In this document: positions 12,201 through 21,100 of the stretch, in pieces | Numbering within the stretch: position 1 is the stretch's first letter | Layout of the letters: each line of letters begins with the position of its first letter | Assembly (NCBI GenBank): GCA_964057225.1 | Contig: OZ059900.1 | Coordinates: forward strand, 10,726,001 to 10,790,000 | Direction of reading: 5' to 3' | DNA length: 64,000 nt | Source of the DNA: Auanema rhodensis | Lineage: Eukaryota; Animalia; Nematoda | The notes under the pieces: model-generated | The model's input: only the letters and a program-made list of their open reading frames with translations | Told to the model about the DNA's origin: nothing | Databases searched by the model: none | Translations under genes and position numbers: made by a program

Positions 12201-12440
12201 GACAGAAACAGAAACTCACCAGCAATCAAAAATTGGAACACTACACTTGCCGCAGCACTAGGAATAGGAAATGAAAACTCACGCCCGTATCATGTTAAAC
12301 TACAACCCAAAAGAAAAACACAAGACGAAGAAATCAGAAATAATGGAGAATTGGAACTACATGGAAAAGCGGATCAAAGCAAAAAGCAGCAGAATAAATC
12401 TCCAACGCAAAACAAAGGAGAACAAGTACGAAACTTTTAA
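3240..12440 (+). CDS. Gag-Env(gB-like)-PR-RT-RNaseH-IN polyprotein, ~3066 aa from the first ATG (frame open from 3195)
   Basis: Gag CA motifs (APRYDGK; LKQLPTESVQSFATR). Internal signal peptide ~4950-5006. Cys-rich ectodomain. TM 7938-8003. Protease DTG at 8313, RT YLDD at 9624, RNase H ESDGS...EALAL...TDH. IN H-H-CLAC, HMD/TDNG/VER, GPY at 11628. Acidic C-tail. Confidence 0.93.
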   Translation: MLPNTGPKPPLDPAATSNIIRRKRQPPATYSPPSAKQAKLSIKTKSMVIHTPRHRGIQKQFTNPKSHEKTKKQKTDIVERNTLEKKIIPNINPIPKNIASKGNPQNPPTNTIPNTINPINRLIATPRRSNTPTTQKSPTPALSSTTPAVSSSPPLRNSPSSIDHSTSGHSLSPSLPSQTNQANTFVAENKRINPRMDPMDEGAPLTQTSGRAPVPTPTIIPQPAAIPSAIRDIKAPRYDGKTPFNRYLLYLDEHFNATRTTMPERLQSIQLLLEDDRAREAYRKLTTEDKRLGWDHVKKRLSEMITPKKQRERAMHRLHGLKQLPTESVQSFATRCSNEAYSAMDMNNESELNMLRSTFTWGLRPEISEHVSRLDPPNFEEAYEMALREELFIQNRPTSFVNNIEKSFNNLNIRDSKDNNQYQRNESKDFKGTKPMYNGNGKPHNRYPDRYNNQYRPHQHQYRNHNSRFSQNKGSRQNYFDRSRNRSQERPYYRNRDQNYSGHNNRRQSNNHEQYPSQYNRSQYNNYRSRPRSTSNGPERYRERTQSPGVRFQVNNVTENEVPNNKRKSTPFLPLFITIIALIINTCSAETTYQLCTGNRGGIYVEPPSPTACRSIAPTNNHIQKTTAELFIQNLQPKEWEAWKCAIETYQLCIHDVFFIRETNVSLAKVSPTTLQECTSAIKERIFNGTNLQREAPGLYGTPFPETTITNGIWKQECEQRTRFIAERGHMTSLQDNTVLSDIFINDNGCTSDKGQCLTNNALIIWTPPSEKHSCSYTSLGSHEVFISEDTILIPGIQSAFILNNKTPEKEASSCLQKEIFTTNSGTLISFNSTSSLGRSRRHAITEYPKGFLTVHQYPSLRYSASKTGTILLYTTYIQRKRLDIHYNLNNITNMLPKYIAIFKYLGINFDVIKNRLIWHKYEDVNIAILHALGEAEIREATKIAIDNLSYKELTQKLSKRITIKDFKKILPTKTGDYYEIAKEIAYSLAEIPTTLATGETTPSLEEYLYQLMPPRKPKLTKTRNDLELYEQLAQAKIILNAINNPKKLHSKEEYEAEMKKWIKYEKELNLPPLQLPNYTVIFDGDDIFYGFRKRNPTNYSITQEDSEKFYNHYLPLISTPGTRPFATTIRSTSTPLQTTTTTTTTTPKPTTIRNVITSTITPKTHISETTRPKPTIPTSSSTTTTTTTTTTTTSTTARPRSTTTTTPTTTTTIFTTHRPTQSFSTPQSTFNITTNPITITSSQEYNRKESLTKSPPPRTTKRSITTTRSTPEEISSHIGKKAHVDYLKAKNDIVQKWNEHLHQQETQSHLQYATTNLEDDIIRTFTTNRNNICHVQNKQLITWWAILQINPTIGMRTMLRRQDISARFINDKLIYVMPCTPIQITKTYRDHKVNSTCFLETPVETEHHGQLFILPGTRDLTPMAHAIPCGLTIKDPWKENDQWTNNNQSINVTSPAYIDELGSINLEHIKFNGSNIFNNLTESTFPMALAISYGSSLATLQATLPGRIKPVIKQRLIPNMNPVTLTAGAASSLLLSYEHTKEAITRKMFDFLSPIWEKIQTWTLRVLAIIGSIIITIGIITLATWIIKIYACSSRMPINNVKWEAEYLQPLSTENTRTETSHPSPSAPYVDNHHNSCQLTLYDPSAPIPEHIYEAYFPTNMKKENINYIGGSQLPFVPISIHNHIFKALWDTGASASYMRESTFKQLPAATMVLKQTTAIVANKSKFSFMGYTRILITIGTTETEHKFYVAEDNYCPAPVLLGIDFMEALHQQGIYTSLRPLDKTIVIGTTHVPLARETSPWEHQTTKAYVVSLENKTLRPGETRTLTLEVHDPESYEQAFLDCKKPGNKLSFTPTIFTPTGYGVQIYATNICKQPLEIQMNQEIGIAEAIPKDNQEKYEGQYIPLEARWEEQLPYFPDNFINELDLSEACFSQIEQQQLKEIILLHKQAFLNEDRNIGLFLGPIEHSIPIMPGKTPSFKITYRIPLSQQEEVEKQIEEMLQQRIIEPSNSMTTSPVILVKKKDKTYRFVTDFRALNAITQKQVYVISNIQDILDLAAGARIFSNFDLVSGFFQIPLKKEDRHLTAFTTTSGTYQYCRMPMGLCGSPHTFQNAVRYLQSMVKCKLFVYLDDLLLISESTTAHLKDIEEVLEAVTQIGFKIKLKKCAFARKEVKFLGYIVGQEGIKPDPHKIKAIQDYPQPKSTTGVRAFMGVVNYFRRFIKNAAGIATPLYNLTRKDTPFKWTEEEEIAFNTLKKTLTQAPVLQAPIPKRPYVIESDGSMIAVGAVLLQAKDDQEPLHPIAFASRKLNKAERNYPPIEVEALALTFAVKQFRTYILGTATKIITDHRPLTSLMTRKDLIGRLAKFQIVLQEYDIEIIYRPGKLNSVCDALSRYFEDEINEAKPPAKKKNERKTTEDTIHQINTFTIADIRSVQNQSNWIKETMDKIKNNTAGRQLTDRYIVYNDVLYSKPKRSLQVPRTILPREEHIINPIMKKFHEDPTLGAHLGINKTMDSISKRFTWTGMQEDITNYINRCLACAKRKNNPHEATVEPMKNFPTSTKPWQRVHMDILGPLPRTEQENRYVLSIQDSFSKWIIAIPLIRQTSEEIISAIEKYLFYVFGPPVTIITDNGSNFISNDFTTMCSNFGTTHHTTMPYYKNANGQVERLHRTIEEALTAYVNDEQNDWDKILPKIIFTLNRLPNATTKTSPYECLFGQVARLPIDKNLETPEEQNITDQLKNLRDIQEKVKEKIATNEERMKQKYDQTHRTKERILDIGDRVFVQRANPSNKLQIRRDGPYRIVTIEGNNISITDQDGNIIKAHKNNIRYFPPDDNLISTRNNEEEEEEDQDIANEEEEEEEASWNNLDEWEQTNNTENNNNCYPTGSPDTLAQLLPITGNNRGVNEEEIEHNSETPDDLATARRITNSNIQLEDESTTIDRIQEDLRQLTPFSQEEGSNQNDIEDNNAKTYEKLRDQFKNENRKELFEDRNRNSPAIKNWNTTLAAALGIGNENSRPYHVKLQPKRKTQDEEIRNNGELELHGKADQSKKQQNKSPTQNKGEQVRNF
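4950..8003 (+). other. Envelope glycoprotein domain, herpesvirus gB-like class III fusogen, embedded between Gag and protease
   Basis: PFLPLFITIIALIINTCSA|ETTYQLC signal. LQY...CHVQNKQLITWWAILQINP...ISARFINDKLIYVMPC...CFLETPV...AIPC resembles by eye gB LQF...[20 protein letters not shown]...VSARMLGDVMAVSTC...CYSRPLV...IEPC. Furin site RSRR, many NxS/T sequons, C-terminal TM. Confidence 0.78.
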
Positions 12441-12640
12441 TTAGCTAACAAAAATCGTAGAATTGTAAAAATAATTTTTCTTTCTTTCGTATAGTACATT
12501 AAACATAAGACATAGATCAAAAACCACCGAAATTCTAATTTCTATCCTTTAATTTTAACAAATTGTAACAATCACTGAAAAACAAACTATATAAAGAGAA
12601 AATTTTGATAGAGAAAAATTCAAAAACATTTTTACTCAAA

Positions 12641-13285
12641 ATGACCTCCTCTCTCGCCAACGTCACACTCTCTACATTCCTCGCAACTCCAACACCACTG
12701 GTCCCTCTAGCGACCACTATTGAGCAAGAATGGATAGAGGTAGAAAACCTTCGCGAAGGTCTTCTACCTATCAACTGCATGAAGCCGAACTTAGGACCAA
12801 TAATAAGCCTCCAAACGAGCAAATTGGAAAAGAAGACACAGCACATCCTATTTATGATGGAACTATTGGAGGAGAAAACCAAAAACTATAAGGAACACGA
12901 TCTGAAGGAGCTTCGCCAGCATCAAAAGAAATGGACAGAAGGATGTTCTCTCAGCCAGAAAGAGAACAGAATCCGAAACATAATGCTGGGACAACCCGCC
13001 AGAACGCAGACCACAGCTGACATCTACAAAGCAATGCCGACGTGGACAACACAGATGACACAACAAGCTGTAGGAAATAGCGGAACCAAAGAAGAAGCAT
13101 CGTGGATAGAGATAGGGCAAGACCTATCAGTAGTAATCGAAAAACTACTGACAAAAAGGACTACCAACACGTCCGCATCAAAAAGTAAGGCAAAAGCAGT
13201 TAGCCAAACCATCAGAACAATGGAGCTGCTTGGACTAGCATCAATGACGGAAATGATCCAGGAAATTGACCAACTGGCGGATTAA
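12641..13285 (+). CDS. Accessory ORF2, 214 aa, unknown function
   Basis: ATG at 12641 in AAAATG context. Intact in all three full copies. No TM or signal peptide; looks helical. Confidence 0.7.
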   Translation: MTSSLANVTLSTFLATPTPLVPLATTIEQEWIEVENLREGLLPINCMKPNLGPIISLQTSKLEKKTQHILFMMELLEEKTKNYKEHDLKELRQHQKKWTEGCSLSQKENRIRNIMLGQPARTQTTADIYKAMPTWTTQMTQQAVGNSGTKEEASWIEIGQDLSVVIEKLLTKRTTNTSASKSKAKAVSQTIRTMELLGLASMTEMIQEIDQLAD

Positions 13286-13467
13286 AGAAGAGAGGAAAGG
13301 TTTAAATCATTTATAAAATTCTATCTCTTAAAAAAATTTTTCTCTTTATCAATAGTTTGTTGAAAAATTTGCTTTATCTCATGCCATTTTATTTTTTTTT
13401 ATTTTTCTCTCTTAATTATTATTTGCATATAACAGCTGAGGTCAGCTGACTTGTATCCGTTGGGGCA

Positions 13468-13884
13468 TGTTACATACATATCTCAAAGGAAAGCAGCTGA
13501 CCATGGCAGCTGCTATTATTAAACTAATGCAGATAGTTTTTAAGCAATTCTGAGAATATTCTAGATGCACTTTTTATAAGCTTTGTAACAATTTGTGTAA
13601 ACTGAGTAGGAGTTGTATGGATATATAAACCTGAGTCCTCAAGACTCAGGCATCTCATTATCTCATTATCTTACTTTCTCTTTATCTTCTTTATATTCTC
13701 TTTCTTAACTCTAGCTTTAATCTTTGTATAATTATATTATAATGCGAACAATAAACCTTTATATATTTCATCTCTTGTTTCTTATTTCACCTTACATTAC
13801 ACACTTATATTTAAAATCATACTCATCTTCTCATAGTCTGTTTGGATCTCTCAACTTGGAACCATTGAGAATCTAAATGGAACG
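13468..13884 (+). repeat. Shared LTR (3' LTR of copy 1 = 5' LTR of copy 2)
   Basis: Preceded by the 3' internal end (...gttggggca) and followed by the PBS at 13885. Confidence 0.93.
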
Positions 13885-15130
13885 TGGAGGTTCCGCCGAG
13901 ATCCTTCCTTTTGGACAGGATCTCGTAAAGGAACTCAAGCGCTACCGTCTACATCTCTTATTCAATTAAAAATCTTATCTCTCTCTTAAAGTTAGCTTAT
14001 AATATTTTCTTAAAAACTCTAAAACTTTTCTATTAAAAATTATATCCAAAAACTCTTTACAAAAACTCAGTTTTCCATTCATTATATTCTCATAAAATTA
14101 TTCATAAGAGTACTTATATCATTTATCATTCTCTCTATCCAAAATCCTATATACGAAAATTATTCAAATTCAATAATTAACTTTTCTAAGAATTATAAGT
14201 TTATTTTCACATTTTTTGAACAAAAATAGTTAAGTTCTTTATAAAATTAATTTAGAATTAAGAAATAAAAAAAAAGAATATTGCTTCTATACCTCTCAAT
14301 CTTAATCATCTTATCATATTATCTGAATCTTCATCTTATCATACTATTTAATCATCCTATCATACCATATTTTCATTATTTTCTTTATGTTCGTTTATAA
14401 AACTATTATTCTTATACTACTACACTGTATTCTCATAAACCCACCCCTTCCCCCCCCCCGTTATTTCATAAGCAAGAAATCCCGTGTTAAACACGACAGT
14501 AAAAATATTTATTAGGCGCAGCGTATCCAAATTCCGATTACCTTAGCACCTGAAAATACGAAAAATAATTAAATTAATCAATAAGTTTTAACTCATACGC
14601 AAAAACCATCTCCCCCCTCGTTAAGAATAATGCCAGACACTCAAGAGACTCGAGCGGAGGCCGACACTCAGGATAAGACGTACGCCCCATGAAATAATGA
14701 GAGAATTTTTGAATTGAAATCTGCCCCACATTGAGATAAATAATAAGAGTGGTCTCGCCATCATAGAGTCAGGGAGCAGGATGCAGAAGGCAGCTGACAT
14801 ACCTGTGACTCAGATAGGTTAATGAGGTCTGGGAAAATGAAATGATTGCGAAAATTCTATTTTGTATCCTTGTCCCAAAAGACTGGCGAACTATTAACTT
14901 TCATTTCATGCCTTTTTCACAATATAGAACTTGTCCCTTCGAAAAGGCACACTAGTTTCAAACCTGTGTTAGACCCGGACGAGCTATATTGGTAAAGAGA
15001 TTACTTGCAAGACTAGCTACCTTCATAAGAATCGCGCACACAAACCCAACATTATTCTTTACGTTTTTCAATATATAAAATTATTTTGGCACACGTTGGA
15101 TATAACAAATTTCCTTACAGGATACCAACG

Positions 15131-18100
15131 ATGCTGCCCAATACTGGTCCAAAACCTCCGCTGGACCCTGCTGCCACTTCAAATATTATAAGAAGAAAAA
15201 GACAACCGCCCGCAACATATTCTCCCCCCTCTGCAAAACAAGCGAAGTTAAGCATTAAAACAAAGTCAATGGTAATACATACCCCAAGACATCGCGGCAT
15301 TCAAAAACAATTCACCAATCCCAAATCACATGAAAAAACGAAGAAACAAAAAACAGACATAGTCGAAAGAAACACCTTAGAAAAGAAAATTATCCCAAAC
15401 ATTAATCCTATTCCTAAAAACATAGCAAGCAAAGGGAACCCTCAAAACCCCCCAACCAACACCATACCAAATACAATCAACCCAATCAATCCTTTAATAG
15501 CCACCCCTAGAAGAAGCAATACACCAACCACACAAAAATCACCTACGCCCGCACTTTCTTCAACCACACCCGCAGTAAGCTCATCGCCACCTCTACGAAA
15601 CTCACCTTCATCCATTGATCATTCTACATCTGGGCATTCTCTATCTCCGTCTCTTCCATCGCAAACTAATCAAGCAAATACTTTTGTTGCAGAAAACAAG
15701 AGAATTAACCCAAGAATGGACCCAATGGACGAAGGCGCACCACTTACGCAAACCTCGGGAAGGGCACCTGTTCCAACACCTACAATCATCCCTCAACCAG
15801 CAGCGATTCCGTCCGCCATACGCGATATAAAAGCTCCACGCTACGATGGAAAAACACCATTCAACCGCTATCTACTATACCTAGATGAACACTTCAACGC
15901 TACAAGAACAACTATGCCCGAACGTCTTCAAAGCATACAATTATTGCTAGAAGATGATCGAGCAAGAGAAGCGTACAGAAAACTCACAACCGAAGATAAG
16001 CGACTTGGATGGGACCATGTCAAGAAGCGACTCTCAGAAATGATCACACCGAAAAAACAGAGAGAACGAGCAATGCACCGCCTACATGGCTTGAAACAGT
16101 TACCAACGGAATCGGTACAAAGCTTTGCAACAAGATGTTCTAACGAAGCCTACTCGGCTATGGACATGAACAACGAAAGTGAGCTTAACATGCTCCGATC
16201 CACCTTCACTTGGGGACTAAGACCCGAAATAAGCGAACATGTTAGCCGTCTAGACCCACCAAACTTTGAGGAAGCTTACGAAATGGCCTTACGAGAAGAA
16301 CTCTTTATACAAAATAGACCAACATCGTTTGTCAACAATATAGAGAAGTCGTTCAACAACCTCAACATTCGAGACTCGAAGGACAACAATCAATACCAGA
16401 GAAACGAATCTAAGGATTTCAAAGGAACCAAACCGATGTATAATGGCAATGGCAAACCACACAACCGATATCCGGACAGATACAACAACCAATATCGGCC
16501 TCATCAACACCAATACAGGAACCATAACTCACGATTCTCTCAAAATAAGGGATCAAGACAAAACTACTTCGACAGATCACGAAACAGAAGCCAAGAAAGA
16601 CCATACTATCGAAACCGCGACCAAAACTATAGCGGACACAACAACCGGCGACAATCAAATAATCACGAACAATACCCCTCACAATACAATCGAAGCCAAT
16701 ACAACAATTATAGAAGTCGCCCGCGCAGCACCTCCAATGGACCGGAACGGTATAGAGAACGCACACAGAGCCCAGGAGTACGTTTTCAAGTCAACAACGT
16801 CACGGAAAACGAAGTACCGAACAACAAAAGAAAATCAACACCATTCCTACCCCTCTTTATCACAATTATCGCACTCATTATAAACACATGCAGTGCAGAA
16901 ACAACGTACCAGCTATGCACAGGAAACAGAGGAGGAATATATGTTGAGCCGCCATCGCCAACAGCTTGCCGATCCATCGCACCAACTAATAACCATATCC
17001 AGAAGACTACAGCAGAATTGTTCATCCAAAACCTACAACCAAAAGAATGGGAAGCATGGAAATGTGCAATTGAAACTTACCAGCTTTGCATTCACGACGT
17101 TTTCTTCATCAGAGAAACTAATGTCTCACTAGCAAAAGTTTCACCAACAACACTGCAAGAATGTACGTCAGCTATTAAAGAAAGAATATTCAACGGTACC
17201 AACCTTCAAAGAGAAGCACCAGGACTCTATGGAACTCCATTCCCAGAGACAACCATTACTAATGGTATATGGAAACAGGAATGCGAACAACGTACCAGAT
17301 TCATAGCTGAACGAGGACACATGACCAGCCTACAAGACAATACAGTACTCTCAGATATATTCATAAACGACAACGGATGCACCAGTGACAAAGGACAATG
17401 CCTAACCAACAACGCTCTCATCATATGGACCCCACCATCAGAAAAACATAGTTGCTCGTACACTTCATTAGGCTCTCACAAAGTTTTTATATCAGAAGAC
17501 ACCATATTGATTCCCGGAATTCAAAGTGCTTTTATTCTAAACAATAAAACACCGGAAAAAGAAGCCTCCTCATGCTTACAAAAAGAGATATTTACTACAA
17601 ATAGCGGAACTCTAATCTCCTTCAACTCAACCTCAAGCTTAGGACGATCAAGAAGACACGCAATCACGGAATACCCTAAAGGATTCTTGACAGTTCATCA
17701 ATACCCCTCGCTAAGATATTCAGCCAGCAAAACCGGAACTATTCTACTATATACAACCTATATTCAACGGAAAAGACTTGACATCCATTACAATCTCAAT
17801 AACATAACAAATATGTTACCTAAGTATATCGCAATCTTCAAATACCTAGGTATAAATTTTGATGTTATTAAAAATCGTCTTATATGGCACAAATATGAAG
17901 ACGTCAACATAGCCATTCTACACGCCCTAGGAGAAGCAGAAATAAGAGAAGCAACAAAAATCGCGATCGATAATCTATCGTATAAGGAACTTACGCAAAA
18001 ACTTAGCAAACGGATCACAATTAAGGATTTTAAGAAAATACTACCAACCAAAACAGGAGACTACTATGAAATCGCGAAAGAAATTGCTTACTCACTTGCG

Positions 18101-21100
18101 GAAATACCTACTACATTAGCTACAGGAGAAACAACACCATCTTTAGAAGAATACTTATATCAACTTATGCCACCAAGAAAACCAAAACTCACCAAGACAC
18201 GAAACGATTTAGAACTGTACGAACAACTAGCACAAGCAAAAATTATCCTGAACGCAATAAATAATCCGAAGAAGCTACATTCAAAAGAAGAATACGAAGC
18301 AGAAATGAAGAAATGGATCAAATATGAAAAAGAACTGAACTTACCACCATTACAACTGCCAAACTACACAGTTATCTTCGATGGCGACGATATATTCTAC
18401 GGCTTCCGGAAAAGAAATCCTACAAATTATAGCATTACACAAGAGGATAGTGAAAAATTTTATAATCATTATCTACCCCTTATCAGTACTCCCGGAACAC
18501 GACCTTTTGCAACCACAATTAGAAGCACTTCGACCCCCCTACAAACTACTACTACAACCACTACCACGACCCCTAAGCCTACAACCATAAGGAACGTCAT
18601 CACTTCGACAATCACACCCAAAACACATATATCCGAAACAACTAGACCCAAACCAACAATACCCACGTCTTCATCAACTACTACTACTACTACCACTACT
18701 ACTACTACTACTTCTACTACTGCTAGACCCAGATCAACAACAACCACAACACCTACAACAACCACAACTATATTCACCACTCATCGACCAACACAATCAT
18801 TCTCCACCCCCCAATCTACATTCAATATTACTACAAACCCAATCACAATCACCTCAAGCCAGGAATACAATAGGAAAGAATCACTCACCAAGTCACCGCC
18901 TCCAAGAACTACAAAAAGATCTATCACTACCACTCGCAGCACACCTGAAGAAATATCATCACATATCGGTAAGAAAGCTCACGTAGACTACCTTAAAGCT
19001 AAGAACGATATCGTCCAAAAATGGAATGAACATCTTCATCAACAAGAAACGCAATCTCATCTACAATATGCCACTACCAATCTGGAAGATGATATCATAC
19101 GTACGTTCACAACAAACAGAAACAACATCTGCCACGTACAAAATAAACAACTAATTACCTGGTGGGCTATTCTTCAAATAAATCCTACTATAGGGATGCG
19201 TACAATGCTACGACGACAGGATATATCTGCAAGATTCATAAATGATAAACTAATTTATGTAATGCCATGCACACCAATTCAAATTACAAAAACATACCGC
19301 GATCACAAAGTCAACAGCACGTGTTTTCTGGAAACCCCAGTCGAAACGGAACATCACGGCCAACTGTTCATCCTACCAGGTACAAGAGACCTCACACCGA
19401 TGGCACATGCCATACCTTGCGGACTCACAATCAAGGATCCCTGGAAAGAAAACGATCAATGGACTAATAATAACCAATCAATAAATGTAACATCACCAGC
19501 ATACATCGACGAGTTAGGATCAATCAACCTAGAACATATCAAGTTTAATGGAAGCAACATTTTCAACAACCTAACAGAATCAACGTTTCCTATGGCACTA
19601 GCAATATCATATGGATCCAGCTTAGCAACGCTACAGGCTACTTTACCAGGAAGAATAAAACCTGTAATCAAACAAAGATTAATTCCTAACATGAACCCTG
19701 TTACCCTAACAGCAGGAGCAGCCAGCAGCTTACTACTCAGCTACGAACATACAAAAGAAGCTATAACTAGGAAAATGTTTGACTTTCTGTCACCAATATG
19801 GGAAAAGATTCAAACCTGGACACTACGCGTACTTGCTATCATTGGATCAATCATCATAACAATTGGCATAATCACACTCGCCACCTGGATAATAAAAATA
19901 TACGCATGTAGTTCAAGGATGCCCATCAACAATGTCAAATGGGAAGCAGAATACTTACAACCACTATCAACTGAGAACACAAGAACAGAAACATCTCATC
20001 CTTCTCCGTCCGCTCCATACGTCGACAACCATCACAACAGCTGTCAACTCACATTGTATGATCCTTCAGCACCAATTCCTGAACACATTTATGAAGCTTA
20101 TTTCCCTACAAACATGAAGAAAGAAAACATAAACTACATAGGAGGATCACAATTACCGTTTGTCCCGATTTCAATCCACAATCACATCTTTAAGGCACTA
20201 TGGGACACGGGAGCATCAGCATCATACATGCGAGAATCCACCTTCAAACAACTGCCCGCTGCAACGATGGTACTAAAACAAACAACAGCGATAGTCGCGA
20301 ATAAATCTAAATTCTCATTTATGGGATACACAAGGATCCTCATAACAATAGGAACAACAGAAACAGAACACAAATTTTATGTAGCAGAAGATAACTACTG
20401 TCCAGCACCAGTGTTACTTGGAATAGACTTCATGGAAGCATTACATCAACAAGGAATTTACACCTCACTTCGACCGCTGGATAAAACAATTGTTATCGGC
20501 ACAACACATGTTCCACTAGCACGAGAAACATCTCCGTGGGAACACCAGACCACGAAAGCATATGTGGTTAGCTTAGAAAACAAAACGCTAAGACCAGGAG
20601 AAACAAGAACGCTCACGCTAGAAGTACACGATCCAGAAAGCTATGAACAGGCGTTTCTAGATTGTAAGAAACCAGGCAACAAACTCTCTTTCACGCCTAC
20701 TATATTTACGCCAACTGGATACGGAGTACAAATTTACGCGACGAATATATGCAAACAGCCACTCGAAATTCAAATGAATCAAGAAATAGGGATAGCAGAA
20801 GCGATACCAAAGGACAACCAAGAAAAATACGAAGGACAATACATACCTCTGGAAGCTCGATGGGAAGAGCAACTGCCATATTTTCCAGACAATTTCATCA
20901 ATGAGCTTGACCTTTCAGAAGCCTGCTTCTCACAAATCGAACAACAGCAACTGAAAGAAATAATTTTACTACATAAACAAGCGTTTCTCAACGAAGATAG
21001 AAATATCGGACTCTTCCTAGGACCAATTGAACACTCCATTCCAATCATGCCAGGAAAAACACCATCATTCAAAATTACTTATCGTATACCACTCTCCCAA

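Larger units (their letters stand above)
1576..13884 (+). mobile_element. Ty3/gypsy LTR retrotransposon / endogenous virus, copy 1 (gag-env-pol single ORF plus ORF2)
   Basis: 417-bp LTRs at 1576-1992 and 13468-13884 (TGTTAC...GGAACG), PBS at 1993, and PR-RT-RH-IN order with a GPY motif. Confidence 0.95.
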
